A stretch of 63,786 nucleotides of DNA, the filler included, from Sphacelaria rigidula (taxonomy: Eukaryota), in assembly GCA_964200075.2 (NCBI GenBank). It is 9 parts of 9 records of this genome, joined end to end, with 100 filler letters (N's around TTAATTAATTAA, not from the genome) between each part and the next. Parts side by side here need not be neighbours in the genome. Positions count along the whole stretch, not along the records: positions 7,100 to 14,098 come from CAXNAA020017022.1; positions 14,199 to 21,197 come from CAXNAA020017023.1; positions 21,298 to 28,296 come from CAXNAA020017024.1; 6 more parts are not named here. One strand, 5' to 3'. A program made the position numbers and the translations under genes. Below are positions 13,051 to 25,587 of the stretch, one piece after another. The notes beneath the pieces are model-generated. The model did not search any database and was not told where the DNA came from. It saw nothing but the letters and a program-made list of their open reading frames with translations. Position 1 is the first letter of the stretch. Every line of letters starts with the position of its first letter.

Positions 13051-14259
13051 TGTTGAAAAAAGACATCACGACAATTTTCGAAACAATATCCTACAGGGGG
13101 GGGGGGCGGGGTACGTGTCCGAAAATGTTCTCCGCGCTGCCCTCTGGATATGGAAGCAGAAAGGTGTCCCAAGTGTTGCTCTCGCAGGGCCATGCTCATG
13201 CATGGCAGACGCAGTTAGACACATCGACATAAACGTTAAAAAAACCCACCTGATCGCTGTGAAAAAAGATAGACTTGGCCGTGTTTGTACTTCTCCGCGG
13301 CCGGTGATTTGATGCCATAGTCAGGGATGCCGACGACTATGTATCTTTTAGATGCAATAGCACCCCAAATATACTTCAGGCATATTGTTCGAATTTGAGA
13401 AACGAACGTTACTGAACTATGTTTTAGGATGCAAAGACACCACGAAAATACCTTGGGCATATGGTCCGAATGTGATGAATAAATCGCATCGCATAGACTG
13501 GCTCCCCGGCCGACACTCTCACGGGGGACTGCGCATACCGCTGATCTGAAAGGTCTAACGCGAAAGCTCACACTTATCCCAGAGCACTTGCCACGCTGAG
13601 CATGTCAATTAATAAAATAAATGTAAGCACTATATATGTCGCACCTTGCCGCTTCTCGTGCCTGCAAGCACCCTGTCAAAGCCTTTCTGGCAGATCTTTC
13701 CTACCGCCGTTGAGTCCGTGCCATGGAACATCAGTCTCTCGTTTCTGATTGTCTGCGCGAGCGATGAATATAAGAGACATTGCGGGAGCTCTCATGAAGT
13801 AAGTCGTTTAGGTTGTACCGGAAATACACTCCGCACGACCGCACACCCTCCTAAATCACCTACAGTAGTTGGGGCAGGCAACGGCGTAGTCGTCAATGAA
13901 GAGTACGACAGACAGTGAACACTAACTGAAGCATCTTGTGTAACACATTATCAATACCCTCCTTTGGTGTACCGTCATCTATCCGTCAAGAGTCATGCTA
14001 CGATAGGGGGGACGGGGGGGGGGGGGGCGGACTCATTTTTTGCTTTCCCTAGTCGTTTGACCATTGACACCCAATCCCTCCCGAGACCCGAGAGGGTANN
14101 NNNNNNNNNNNNNNNNNNNNNNNNNNNNNNNNNNNNNNNNNNTTAATTAATTAANNNNNNNNNNNNNNNNNNNNNNNNNNNNNNNNNNNNNNNNNNNNGC
14201 TCGTTGTGTTCTCGAAAAGTATCCACGAGTGCACTCGTCTCGACGAGTGATGACTCGTC

Positions 14260-17200
14260 CGACGTATGCTTCGGTAGATGCATTGTTGCCAAGTCAGCGA
14301 ACTGTTTCTCGCTGGGCTGGTGATGAAGCCTGATCTGGTTCCGCTTGAGGAGCTCCCTCACGAAGAGGTAGCGGAGTGCTATGTGCTTGGTACGAGAGCT
14401 GAAGATAGCATTCCATGCCACAGTCAAAGCTCCGGTGCTGTCGCTGTTGATAGGCACCCATCCATAGATCTTGAATCCAAGTTCCCTCATAAAGTTCAAG
14501 AGATACACCGCTTCCCTGGCACCAAAGCTAAGCGCTTGAAGCTCAGCTTCGACTGCGCTCTGCGGTGAGAGATTGAGTCTTGGACCCGAAGCTGATGAGT
14601 CCCCCTCCCAGAAAGAAGACATATCCTGTAGTGGATTTCCCGTTGTCTGGGCTTGCTCCAAAGGATGAGTCGGTGAATGCCGTGAGTCGGAATTGTCCCT
14701 ACTGTAGACGATGGGAAGATCCGGGGCGTCGCGAAGGTATCGTAGCACATGCTTTGCTGCAGTCAGGTGCACCTGTGCTGGGTTGTTGCATGCTCTCGTC
14801 AGTTGATGAGCTGCATAACACAGGTCGTATCTTGTGCATTGAGCAAGGTAGAGCAGGCTCCCCGTGATGGACTGGTACAATTTCTTGTCTGCGGCTCCAA
14901 GAAGCTGATCTTGAGGTTGATCCGTGGAGTGCTCTCCTCCGTATCCTGGCGTGCTCACCGGATTGGCCTCTTGCATTCCAGATCGTTCCAGAATCGTGGC
15001 GACGTAGTGCTCTTGCGAGATGGCCATCGTCCCGCGTTCGTAGTCCCTCTGGACCTCGATGCCGAGAATGTGCTTGACTTCTCCCATGTCGGTCATCTCG
15101 AACCGATCCGTGAGTTCCTTCTTCTTCTTCTTGACCAAGTCCTGATCCTTTCCAGTGATGAGGATGTCGTCGACGTATACGGTGAGGATTACCAGAGTGT
15201 CACCGCTTCCGTAGACATATACGCAGGGGTCTGACTGCGTACGGTTCCATTCGAACACGACGAGTGCTTCGTCCAGAGTGTCGTTCCACAAAGACGGGGA
15301 CTGTGACAATCCGTAGAGGCTGCGCTCTAGCTTGTAAACTACTGGCTCGCCTGTCACGGGGTCCTTGAGCCCGTCGCCTGGGGCGGGTTTGACATACACG
15401 TCTCTGTCGCAGTGAGCGTTCAGGAATGCCACTACCACGTCCGTTTGATAAACTGGCCATCCTTTGTCGCAGGCTATGGTCAGCACCATACGAATGCTCC
15501 CAAGACGACATACTGGCGCGTAACTCCTCCCGTAGTCATGTCCTGCTTCTTGTAGGCGTCCACCGACGACCAAGCGTGCTTTGAAGCGACCATCCACCTT
15601 TGGCTTGGAGACGAACTTTGTGGGAAGGATCTTTTCTCCCTTGGGCACGCTACTAAGTGGAACGCGGTTGTAGACGTGGTGTTTCTGTAGGCTGTCCATT
15701 TCTTTCCCGCATGCGCGTTTCCATTCCTTGTGTTGAGGGGAGTCCATGGCTTCGGCGTAGGTGCTGGGAATCTTGATTGCTTGTTTTGTCTCCTCCAAGA
15801 ACCCTTTCAGAGTACTGCTCGTGGCGTACACGTAAGTCCAAGAATTCAGAAAAGGGTCTTCATCAAAATGGGCGAAATCCTCGACGTCACCAGGGCATGG
15901 GCGGTGTGCTTGTTCGCCAATCTCCGCCAACTGGGCAGAAGTGAGGCTGGTGGGATAGATCCGGCTGACGGCCAAGTGGGAGCGGCCACTGTCCTTCATG
16001 TTCACTTCCAGAGCTTGCAACAAGATCAAGGTCGCCAGGATCGTCGTGGGTCGGATTCCTGCGTGTGGCAGCGCGAGTCACCTCAAAGCGTCGCATGCCC
16101 GAAAGGCAGCCGATGGCCCCGGTGACCCTCCAGCTGTTGTAGCGTTTCCGGTGTTATTCGGCGTCGTTGATGACCCCGGCGTGGTTGATCCATGTTCCGG
16201 AGATGGAGAATCCGAAGGACTCTGGCCACTGTCGCAGGCGAGATGATCATCATATCCAGCATCGCTTGCTGCATCAAAGCGCAGCTCTTCCCGAGCGATG
16301 TTGTCTTGTTGCATACTCCTGATTTCCTGTCGAAGAAGCTCGTTCTGGGTCTGGAAGTCCAACTCGTCAACGTGCGATCCACTGAAGTCGTCAGTCGATC
16401 CGCCGTTCCCAAGCAAGGAAGTGAAGCTCAGGACATCACTTTCGTAGCCATGGTTTTCATCGGAGAATTGGTGGGGGACGGTCCGAGCCAGTGTTTCGAT
16501 GAAAGTCACATTTCGGCTCTCGACCACAGTTCCCTTGGATGGGTTGTAGACGCGGTAAGTCTTGCTGTCCAGTCCGAATCCACAGAGTTTGCCCTCGGAA
16601 GCCCTGTCTTCAAGCTTCTTGTTGTACTGCTAGTGATGGACAAATGCGCGGGCTCCGATAACGCGAAGTCGTGAGAGGTCGGCCGTCTTGTTATACATCC
16701 TCGAGTACGGCATAGCTCCTCCTAACGCCGAGTGCGGCGATCTGTTGGCCAGATATGCCGCAGTGAGCACCAGTTCGCCCCACATGAACGGCGGAAAATC
16801 TCCATCTCATAAGAGACACCTTGTGATCCCTGCCAGGGTCTGGCCGTCTCTCTCTGACACACCGATTTGTTGAGGGGTATTGGTGGCGGCGTACTCAATC
16901 TTGATTCCAGAGTCCTTGCAGTAGGTGCGGAACTCCTCCCCGGCATTCTCTCCTCCTTTGTCGCATCGGATAATTTCAATGCGGTAGCCCCCGGCAGCCG
17001 CCACTTACATGTTGTAGGCGTGAAAGGCTTCCGTTGTCTCGGTCTTGTGGCGGAGCGGGAATACTTACTTCATTCTTGAGTAACCATCGGTGCACTTGCA
17101 CACATAGGAAAATGTTCCTCCTTTCGACCTCGCAGGTGGCTGGATCGGTCCCATGTTGTCGATGTATACCAGTTATCCTGGTCGAGACAGCTCGCGAGTG

Positions 17201-18982
17201 GTCTTCTTCGGATGAGAAGTTTGCTTGTGCTTGGCGATCTTGCATATGTCGCAGGGTGATGGTTTGTCCTGGTATTCGGCGCCGGTGCCTTTTTGCCGGC
17301 GCAAGATGTCCATGCTGCGCTGATTGAGGTGTCCAAGTCTCCGGTGACAAATGTCTACGCTTACCGCGAGAGAACACACAGCACTGGGTTTGTTGACCAG
17401 CGTTGTAGTCTCGGGTCTTCCGAAGGCGCTCGGTCCGGCCTCCTTCCTCGGTGGCTTGGAGACGGATGTCGCAGGTGTGATCTTTTTCCTCGAAGCCGAC
17501 GTCCAGTGTGCACATGCCTTGGTCTTGCGGATCCTGTGTGAGAGGTACGACTGCGCCATGCATTGCGAGGTGTGGAGTGTCCTCTTCGACGACGAATCTA
17601 AGTCCCTTCTTCAGAAGCGATGTGGGCGAGAAGATGTTGCGTCCCAGATCTGGAACAATGAGGCCCTGTACTCGCACTGGCAGTTGATGCCCATTGTCGT
17701 CCTTGATTGTGCAGTGTAGGATCCCTGTCGCCGTTCCTTTCAGTTGACCCTGACCCGCTACTTCGATAATCTTCGGTGTGGAGCGCTCCTTGTAATCGCG
17801 GATGTGTCTCCTCGAGATGAGTCCGTCATCAAACATGGTCTCTGATGCGCCCGAGTCTACCAGAAATGGCGTTCTTGTGGCGCTCGCTGTGAAGTTCCAT
17901 CCTCTATTCGGAGAGCACGTAGCGAACATGAAGCCGCCATCGAAGTCGTCCCCTTCGTGGGTGAAGTCAATAGCTGCCTTCTCGTTGCTCGTTTCTCTGC
18001 TTGTCGAAAATGATGCGTAGTGAGCGCAGTGCAAGCATGCCTTGCTTGCTTGCTTGCTTGCTTGCTTCGTCTTTTCGGGTCGCTTTGCTCCTTGCTTGTA
18101 GCATTCTTCGTCCGAGTGAGTCGTGGTGTTGTGGATGGCGCACCATTTTGTAGCTTGAGCGGGCTTCGTTTTCTTCTTCCCTTTGGGCTTGAACCTCGGA
18201 CAGTTCCTCCTGATGTGCCCGGTTTCGTTGCAGTCGTGACAGACCACTTCAGACACCGCAGTAGTCATTGCAAATCCTCGACCGGTGATTCGCCCGTTCG
18301 AGCCTTTGCGTGATTGCGTGTCCTTAAAATGTTGCGCAATGTCGATTGCATTTGTAGCACGTCGAACGTCGGGTCGCGAAACACCATCATCTTGACGTCG
18401 TTGTACTCGTCGGAGAAGCCTTGCACGCAGATATCCTTGAATCGACGATCGGAGATAGTTTCCCCCATTTTCTCGATCTGTGCGCGAAGAAGATGTTTCT
18501 GGTTGAAGTAGTCGTCCGGGTTCTCACCAGTGTTCATAGGGGATTTCTCCAGCTCCAACATCTTTGCTCGAATCACCTCATCGGTCACTCTGTCGTAGTT
18601 GCTGCAGAGCTCTTTGAAGTCTGCCTGCCTGTCGCCGCTGATCCCGCTGACTCCGCTGTCATCTTCATGCTTGTGTACCGACAAGGCGGCCGGTAGTTCG
18701 ACGAATAAAAACAGGATGGCGAAGAGATCTTCGTCCGACCTTGTGTATGCCTCAACAGCTTCGGTGTCACTTGGATTTAGCTTCCTCTCGTCCTTTGAGG
18801 AGTGGCAAAATGTCCCTCCGTGTTACTCCCAAGACAACGCACAGCTTCTTCATCTACTTATTAAATTCAGCCGGATCCTTTCCGTCGAACTTCTTGAGCC
18901 CTCTGATGACGTTGCCCAGGTTGGTGGAGCTATCGGCTCCGACGGCTATGCCGCCTCCGAAATTTCTTGAAGCCTCAGTCAT
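14260..18982 (-). pseudogene. copia gag-pol polyprotein with stops and frameshifts
   Basis: ATG at 18982; pieces in ORFs 18265..18684, 16976..18268, 17173..17559, 16807..17004, 16078..16527 and 14143..16029. Confidence 0.9.
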
Positions 18983-19086
18983 TGTTCGCTTCCAGCGAAG
19001 ACTTTGCGATCTTCGTCTCCTGTTTTGCTGTGTAGATCTAACTCTTGCCGCAGGAGTGTGATTGCTCGCGGTAAAGTATGTACCCG

Positions 19087-19255
19087 AGGCTTCCCGACCC
19101 CGCTCCTGCTAGTGATATAGAGGACTCCGGTTGTAGGTCGTCTTCCCGATCCCGCTCCTGCTAACGATGTAGAGGACTCCGGTTGTTGATCGTGTTTTCC
19201 CGATCCCGCTCCTGCTAACGATGTAGAGGACTCCGCTTGTTGGTCGTCTTTTCCA
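19087..19255 (-). repeat. 3 x ~51-55 bp tandem repeat in the copia 5' UTR
   Basis: CCCGCTCCTGCTA at 19100, 19151 and 19206. Confidence 0.85.
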
Positions 19256-19618
19256 CTGCTGTGTGGATACACAAGAAGTCGTATTTCCTTCTGCCGCAGA
19301 AGAACTTGCTCGAAGTGGAAGAAACTCGAGGCTTTCCCACGCGACGCAAACTTGCTGATGGCTCACCACAGATGCATCCAATACTGCCGCAGTAGTGGTG
19401 ATGTGTGTACACCAAAGGTGAATTACCAGCACCCTGGTGTAGATGACCAAATTTGCGCGCTTATTTTTGTTGCCGTTGACCGCTGACGGCGCCGCAATCT
19501 CCGAAGATCTTCGAGACCAAATTTTTCTCGTGTCCACAGACCAAATTTGTTATGCACCGAGAAGGCTTGTCTTGACCTCCCCGTGATGTCCGCAGCTCGT
19601 GGTGTACGCGTTTAAGCG

Positions 19619-19630
19619 AGGCTCATAACC
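19619..19630 (-). promoter_or_regulatory. Primer binding site (GGTTATGAGCC)
   Basis: Directly follows the LTR-terminal CA on the minus strand; resembles the GGTTATGGGCCC PBS of Drosophila copia-type elements. Confidence 0.75.
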
Positions 19631-20095
19631 TGAGAGTGTAAAGCGTCCTGCAGCTGCAGCGGTGCTGTGCTGCGTGTGCTTTGGAGACTGAGAAGCCTAC
19701 CGCGGAGGATTACACTCGGGCCACGGTTTGATCCGTCAAAGAACTTGACTGAAGAAATAAAGATGTTTATTATTGACTGACTCCCGAAGTCAAGTTTTCG
19801 CTGATGGTGATGAAGAAGAGAAGTAGTAGAGGAGAGAACAGGTGAGCGAGCACAAAGTGTGCGAGCATACCGATCAGCCAATGAACTTCCAGAACTTCCA
19901 CACGTCTAGAACACTCGCGGGATATTACAAGCGATAACTCCCGATTAATCCCCCGACAACTTGTTCTGGAAACATAACGTACCGCAGAATATACCACAGA
20001 CTATTTCTGGAACACTCAAATGATTTCTTACTTGTTTACGATAACTTACGATAGATAGTAGTCGTTACCAATGACTGACATTGAATATTCCAACA
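19631..20095 (-). repeat. 5' LTR (465 bp) of the copia element
   Basis: Minus strand begins TGTTGG and ends CTCTCA adjacent to the PBS. Confidence 0.8.
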
Positions 20096-20359
20096 CACTT
20101 CCCCACATACACAGAATCCAGAATCATCTAGATCTACGAAGAACGTTCTGGAAGTGTTTCCAGACGAATTCAGCATACTTACAGCAAGTTATACGGAGAT
20201 ACAGCAACCCGTGTACTAGTCAGATCCTTCTCTTGGTTGCACCTGTACTGCTACTGCTGTTATTGCCCAGACTGAGACTAGTTGCTGCAATCGTCAATAA
20301 AGGTAAATCTGTGTCTGATTGCTTGCATTCATACATACCATTTCCTTGACACTCTAACA
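20096..20359 (-). repeat. Probable fragment of a second LTR interrupted by the copia element
   Basis: Minus strand begins TGTTAG at 20359; shares TCCAGAA/TCTAGA/TTCTGGAA-rich composition with the adjacent LTR. Confidence 0.45.
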
Positions 20360-20360
20360 A

Positions 20361-20718
20361 TACTCTCCTCGAATAATTGAAAACGTTTAGTACGACCTCA
20401 AATACCCTACTCAAATGTCGAGTAAGCACTCTCAGTAATACTTGAGTATATAGTATCACTTGAGTATGACCTCAATATTCTACCCAAATTTCGCGAAGAC
20501 TGAGTATGATCTCTAATACTCTCCTCGAATGATTGAGTACGTTGAGTACGACCTCAAATACTCTACTGAAACTTCGAGAAGACTGAGTATGATCTCTAAT
20601 ACTCTCCTCGAATGATTGAGTACGTTGAGTACGACCTCAAATACTCTACTGAAACTTCGAGTACTAAGAGCCTGACTCTTCAAAAATACTGAGTATTGAG
20701 TATACTCTACTCGGCCTA
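20361..20718. mobile_element. hAT-like non-autonomous element end with 83-bp internal tandem repeats
   Basis: GAGTA/TACTC-rich; TACTCTCCTCGAAT at 20361, 20517 and 20600; ends ...TACTCGGCCTA (TAGG-type terminus). Left end missing. Confidence 0.55.
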
Positions 20719-21583
20719 CCCTTGGATTTTTTTTTCAAAAAGTGTGTAGGATCCTCCTGTTGGAAAATTGCACAAGCCAATGAGATGGGAATGATCCGCC
20801 CAATCGATCGGCAAAAAAGCGAACGGGCCGCCCGGTCGGTTGGGAAAAGCAGCGCAGGAGGCCATCTGCACCCATGACACGCACACCTCCGTGCTGCATT
20901 GCATCGCCCGTACGGTCTGTTCATAATTCATTTACATGTCAGAACTCAAAGCTGTGATAATGCAACACAGATGACCCACGCTGGGGTGCCCGTCTGTATA
21001 GGTCGAGACCAAGCCGATCGAAAACGCACAGTACAGTACAGCAATGCAATGCTTTGAATTACAGTACGGTGTTATCTTCTCTCTTCCACCCGTTGCGTTT
21101 ATTCCGTTTGTCTATTATGGGTATCACCAAGGATCAGATTACACATGCACCGTAGGTAAGGTACCGTACCGAGCGTACCCCCGGTATTTACCGGGGTNNN
21201 NNNNNNNNNNNNNNNNNNNNNNNNNNNNNNNNNNNNNNNNNTTAATTAATTAANNNNNNNNNNNNNNNNNNNNNNNNNNNNNNNNNNNNNNNNNNNNTGA
21301 ACAGCAGACTAGGCTCCTCTCTGTGGGGTGATGCAAAGTGTCCAAGACGTTTGTTGACGATTTTCCCTGTTTGGGGGTCAAGAAGTGTCTCAAATGTACC
21401 AGAGGTGAACAATCCGTGGGCCAAAAATCTGTTTGCCATAACATCCGGCCTGATGCCACATTTGGGTGTCGAAGCAACAGGCTCGGTTTTGCTAGGCGCT
21501 CAGGGCGCTGTGTGGGTTGAAGCGGTGGTTGTCAGCATACGAGCTGGTTCAGCTTGAACGCCCAAAATTCGTTCCCCGGGAGT

Positions 21584-21980
21584 TCCTCACGCCGTTTTTT
21601 CGAGATAGACCACGAAAATTCGCACACCTGTTCTTGAGGGCACCATCTAAAATTCGAAGACCGTTTTTTTTTTTGGTGTTGAGATAGTCTGGATCTAACC
21701 TCTCCTCCNNNNNNNNNNCTCTCCCGTTTTGTTCGGCGGCATCCGGGCGGGTTCACCTTCCCCGCCTAGAGGGCGCCCCCGGAAATTCCCACCCCGTTTT
21801 TTTTTTTTGGTGTCGAGATAGTCTGGATCTAACCTCTCCTCCGGCCGAGTAGGTCAACCGCGACCTTGGATATAAAGCCACCAACAAAGAAAAAAAAACG
21901 ATCTTCGAGTGTTGGATAGTGCCCTCCAGAACATGTGTGCAAATTTTCGTGGTCTAACTCGAAAACCCGGCGTGAGGAAA
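21584..21980. repeat. Foldback element, ~90-bp inverted arms
   Basis: TTCCTCACGCCG..TTCGAGATAGACCACGAAAATT (from ~21584) is inverted in AATTTTCGTGGTCTAACTCGAAAACCCGGCGTGAGGAA (to ~21980). Confidence 0.8.
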
Positions 21981-22084
21981 TGCTAAAACGTGCGCTGAAG
22001 TCTACAAAAGTCTGTAATTACTTGATTAAAGTCCAGAATCGCCCTTTTGGGGGGTTGTTTTTACGGTAAAAGACCCAGCCGATT

Positions 22085-22600
22085 CAGTTTTTCGAGTTGG
22101 GCAACGAAAATTGGTACACATGTTCCTAGGGATACCACCTAACCCTGAAATGTCAAAAGTTTGGTGTTAGGGCATTTTGTACCGGTTTCCTGGGGGGTCT
22201 TCATGCTGGGACCCCCGGAAGCCGGTAGAGAAAAAGAAACTTTGACATCTTGCCAAGACTATAATTTTTCCGTTTGGAGCATCAATACCTACGGAACTGC
22301 CAAGTTTGAGGATGATCTGAGCTTTTCTCCAACAGATAAATGGGAAATCGTCTCAAGGCTCCGTGGGTCTTTCGTACGTACCATGAGAGGAAATTGGACG
22401 AGGCCAAAGCTCCACATCACCGAAACATTACGGTTTGGGGAAAAAATCGACCCCGTTGGAACCGTTTTCAAATCTGTCTTTCCCGTTAGATTCCCAAGCT
22501 GATAACGGTTACTACGATTTGAACCATGAGGCGGTGAAAAATGGACTTGGAATTGGTGTTTTCAATTTCGGAACAATTTGAAAGGTGCTGATTGGTGGAA
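22085..22600 (+). repeat. Dispersed repeat; diverged inverted copy at about 60410-60945
   Basis: Shared blocks GACCCCCGGAAGCCGGTAG, GGCATT.TGTACC and AGATTCCC.AGCTGAT. Confidence 0.75.
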
Positions 22601-22615
22601 ACATATTTTTGTTCA

Positions 22616-22720
22616 TAGCGCCACCGCTATAGCCTTGAACAAAAATCCGGCTATGTCACCCTTTTCGCCTGTTCATTGCGGTCAGTATGATACCACATTT
22701 GTGCATATTGGCTGGGTACT
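22616..22720 (+). repeat. Dispersed repeat with hairpin; copy at 56789-56890
   Basis: TAGCGCCACCGCTA...AACAAAAATCCGGCTATGTCACC...TTCATTGCGGTCAGTATGATACCA at both sites. Confidence 0.85.
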
Positions 22721-23828
22721 GCGTTCATTAGCCGGGGAATAAATTTTGGATATTCAATCTGAACCAGCTAATAGTAGCTTGTACCACTTCTTTGTTTTAT
22801 TCCACGTACCGGGTTATGACAAGTATCAATTTTGTGGGGTACGGTATCACACCGGCGAGGAGGCAGCAACGGATTTGGCTAGCGGCCATGATGCTTTGCC
22901 CGATGATGATTGAATGCTCCACGAACCACAGCTAACGAGCGACAACTCGACGTGAAGTTCCTCTCGTGCGAACTGTGGGTTCTGCCAAGGACCGCTGTAA
23001 AGCTTCGTGGCGAGAGGTCACGTCCCCGAACAGACAGCAGCAAAACTTCTGGTACACGCATCATGTCAGGCTGACCAAGGGCGGGTGAAAAAAATATCCG
23101 TGGACCCACACTACCCCCCCCGCTCCCAGCAGCTCCTGATCTGTTTTTTTTTCTTCTCAAACGAGACAACTGTTTATCAGCCTTTGGGGCGTCACTTGCT
23201 CAGCAAGACGTTGTCGAAACAACGCACACGAGTCGTGCGTGGTTCGTTCGTGTGTTTCACGAATAAACTTGGATGGTGTGCAGTGGTTTGAACAGTGTTG
23301 AGTGTTGTTTTCGATTAATTTATTAATAATAGCTCTTCGATGATCCAAGATGATTTAAGCAAGCAAGTAAAAACGATAACGCCAAATAAAAAACGCAGAT
23401 CCTCCGGCTACACCCCCTCAGCCACACTAGTGCGGCCTTTGCAGTGGTTGCTGCCGTCACAGACGGGTGAAGGGTTTGTGGTTCGTCGCAACTGCCCCCC
23501 TCCCCCGCCTCGATCTTTTGCCCCAACTAATTAGTCTCGCCGCGTTTTTGCGAAAAATCCTTGGCTCTGCTTGTTCTGGTGTTAGTGTGCCGAACTCTAG
23601 TTATCTGACTCACTTGTTTGCTAGGATTCATGATCAGGTTGCATCAAGCAATGGATCAAGCGGTTTATGTTCGCTTACACAGCGTAATTCTAGCCCAACA
23701 CCAAACCAAGACTTGCCGAGACCGCGACTGTTTTGTTTTTTGCTGCTTGTGCTTGGGCGTGCTCTGCAAGTGAAGTGACTTTTCTCCCCCGTTCAACCCA
23801 TTCTAAAATCAAGTAAGTTGTGCTTGAG

Positions 23829-24257
23829 CTTGGTTGCATTAAGTATATAGGATTTAGTATAGAGACAGAACCTGCCAGCCCGCTTGGTTGCAGTCAGTAT
23901 ATAGGATTTAGTATAGAACCGGAGCCTGCCAGCCCGCTTGGTTGCAGTCAGTATATAGGATTTAGTATAGAACCAGAACCTGCCAGCCCGCTTGGTTGCA
24001 GTCAGTATATAGGATTTAGTATAGAACCGGAACCTGCCAGCCCGCTTGGTTGCATGAGTATAAAGGATTTAGTATAGAACCGGAACCTGCCAGCCCGCTT
24101 GGTTGCATGAGTATAAAGGATTTAGTATAGAACCGGAACCTGCCAGCCCGCTTGGTTGCATTGAGTATAAAGGATTTAGTATAGAACCGGAACCTGCTAG
24201 CCCGCTTGGTTGCATGAGTATAAAGGATTTAGTATAGAACCGGAGCCTGTCAGCCCG
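23829..24257. repeat. 8 x 53-54 bp near-perfect minisatellite
   Basis: CTTGGTTGCA at 23829, 23883, 23937, 23991, 24045, 24098, 24151 and 24205; no unique spacers. Confidence 0.96.
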
Positions 24258-25036
24258 GACACGGTCCCAACAGTGCTCCCCCCTCACCCCCCTCCCCAAT
24301 CGGCGCCAAATGGAAAAAAGTGAGTGTGGGTCCAGGGATATTATTTTCACCCGCCCTTGGGCTGACACCCCTAAAGACATAGAGGTGATCGCCATGGTAT
24401 TCTTCTCCCAGTGTCACGTCAGAGTAAGATCACACCAGGTTCCCCTTTGCCGAGCTGCCGCGGAGTACTCTCCTGTTGCAAATGACACGCTATGCAAGTC
24501 TATTTCCACGCCAGTCAACAGTACAGTACTCGTGTGCACAGAGCAGCGCCCGCAGCTCTGAGGACACATCACCAGTTTAGTCATGAACTCTGGGAAAGGG
24601 GGCACGTTTTGATTAGCCAGTGCTTGCTATCTGTGCCGTGACGTTCCTCCTGCGCCGTGCAGATTCCTGAACAGTGGTACCGTGTCTGCAGCATCAGCCG
24701 TCCGTCCTGATTATGATGACCTCCCTTCCCACGATAGTTCTTTTCTGGACAGTGTTAGGCCGGGAGTTAGTGTCACGTTTCCCACCACCACTCACAAAAT
24801 GAAGATGCGATGGAGTCAAAGAAGTTTACAGAGGGTTACATTGCAATGAAAGCGATACACAGCTATAGTATGTATCTGAATCTACCTTCTCATCCCAGTC
24901 TGGCTCAATCCCACCCAGTACAGCTCACAAGCCAGCGATGGATATCCCTAAAAAAAGTAGTTCCTATTTGTACAAGCGAAAAACTCTTTTTCCAACATAT
25001 CCCTTGGACACGCAATCAAAGATTACTGATACTGTA

Positions 25037-25587
25037 CAGTAGTGGGCGGTCTAACTATTCATTTTGTGGCATTTGGTGATTTTTTTGTAATAGGCGATTT
25101 TCTTGGGCTCTTTTCTCTTGCCCCCGCTCATCACATCGGGGGTCTGAAGGTACTTGTATCCGCTCCACATTCCAAGAAGAAAAAATCATCTGTACTCAAT
25201 ATTGAGTGACTTACGGGCTGACCGGTCGTGGGGGGTCTTGCCACGTTTCAGCCCAGATTCTTACTCTTCTGTATTTTCGGTCGATCGAGCCCGTCCCGAT
25301 CATATCTTTAAAGAAATGAACAGTTTCATTTTTTTGAAATTCTGCCAACTCATTGCACTAGGGCCGAAAAACTGTGTTTCACGGTCAATAAGACCCTTCT
25401 GATGAACGGGGTATGTACTCGTTTCGCCCGATAGCACCAACATACACTGACTTGGGCACTGTGTTTCGAGGATGACCTGTTGTGTTGTACCAAAATCTAC
25501 CGACGCTAGCAATTTCGACTTCTATCGAAGAGTAGTACGCGAGGAAAACCCCCAAACACCCCTAAATAGTTAGACCACCCACTACTG
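25037..25587. mobile_element. Tc1/mariner-type MITE (551 bp)
   Basis: 23-bp TIR CAGTAGTGGGYGGTCTAACTATT (1 mismatch) with TA on both sides (25035-36, 25588-89). Confidence 0.9.

Larger units (their letters stand above)
14199..20095 (-). mobile_element. Ty1/copia LTR retrotransposon (5' LTR to RNase H), decayed, 3' end lost near the contig edge
   Basis: gag, CCHC knuckle (CHDCNETGHIRRNC), protease (VDSGAS), HRRLGH..CDIC, integrase (RCDKGGE, QIGVSER), RT (KARLV, SLYGL, YVDD), RNase H (VEAE, RTKHI): copia domain order. Confidence 0.95.

Noticed and set aside
14143..14198. ORFs ending in X-runs and 'LIN'
   Set aside because: Translation of the artificial linker.
15730..18970. Many plus-strand ORFs
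   Set aside because: Antisense shadows of the copia polyprotein; the same applies to shadow ORFs over the LINE, gypsy and Ulp1 exon.
21661..21842. Direct repeat TTTTTGGTGT.GAGATAGTCTGGATCTAACCTCTCCTCC either side of a 10-N gap
   Set aside because: Most likely an overlap artefact from scaffolding.
23829..24257. CRISPR-like array
   Set aside because: Units are contiguous and near-identical with no unique spacers; no cas genes; eukaryotic context.
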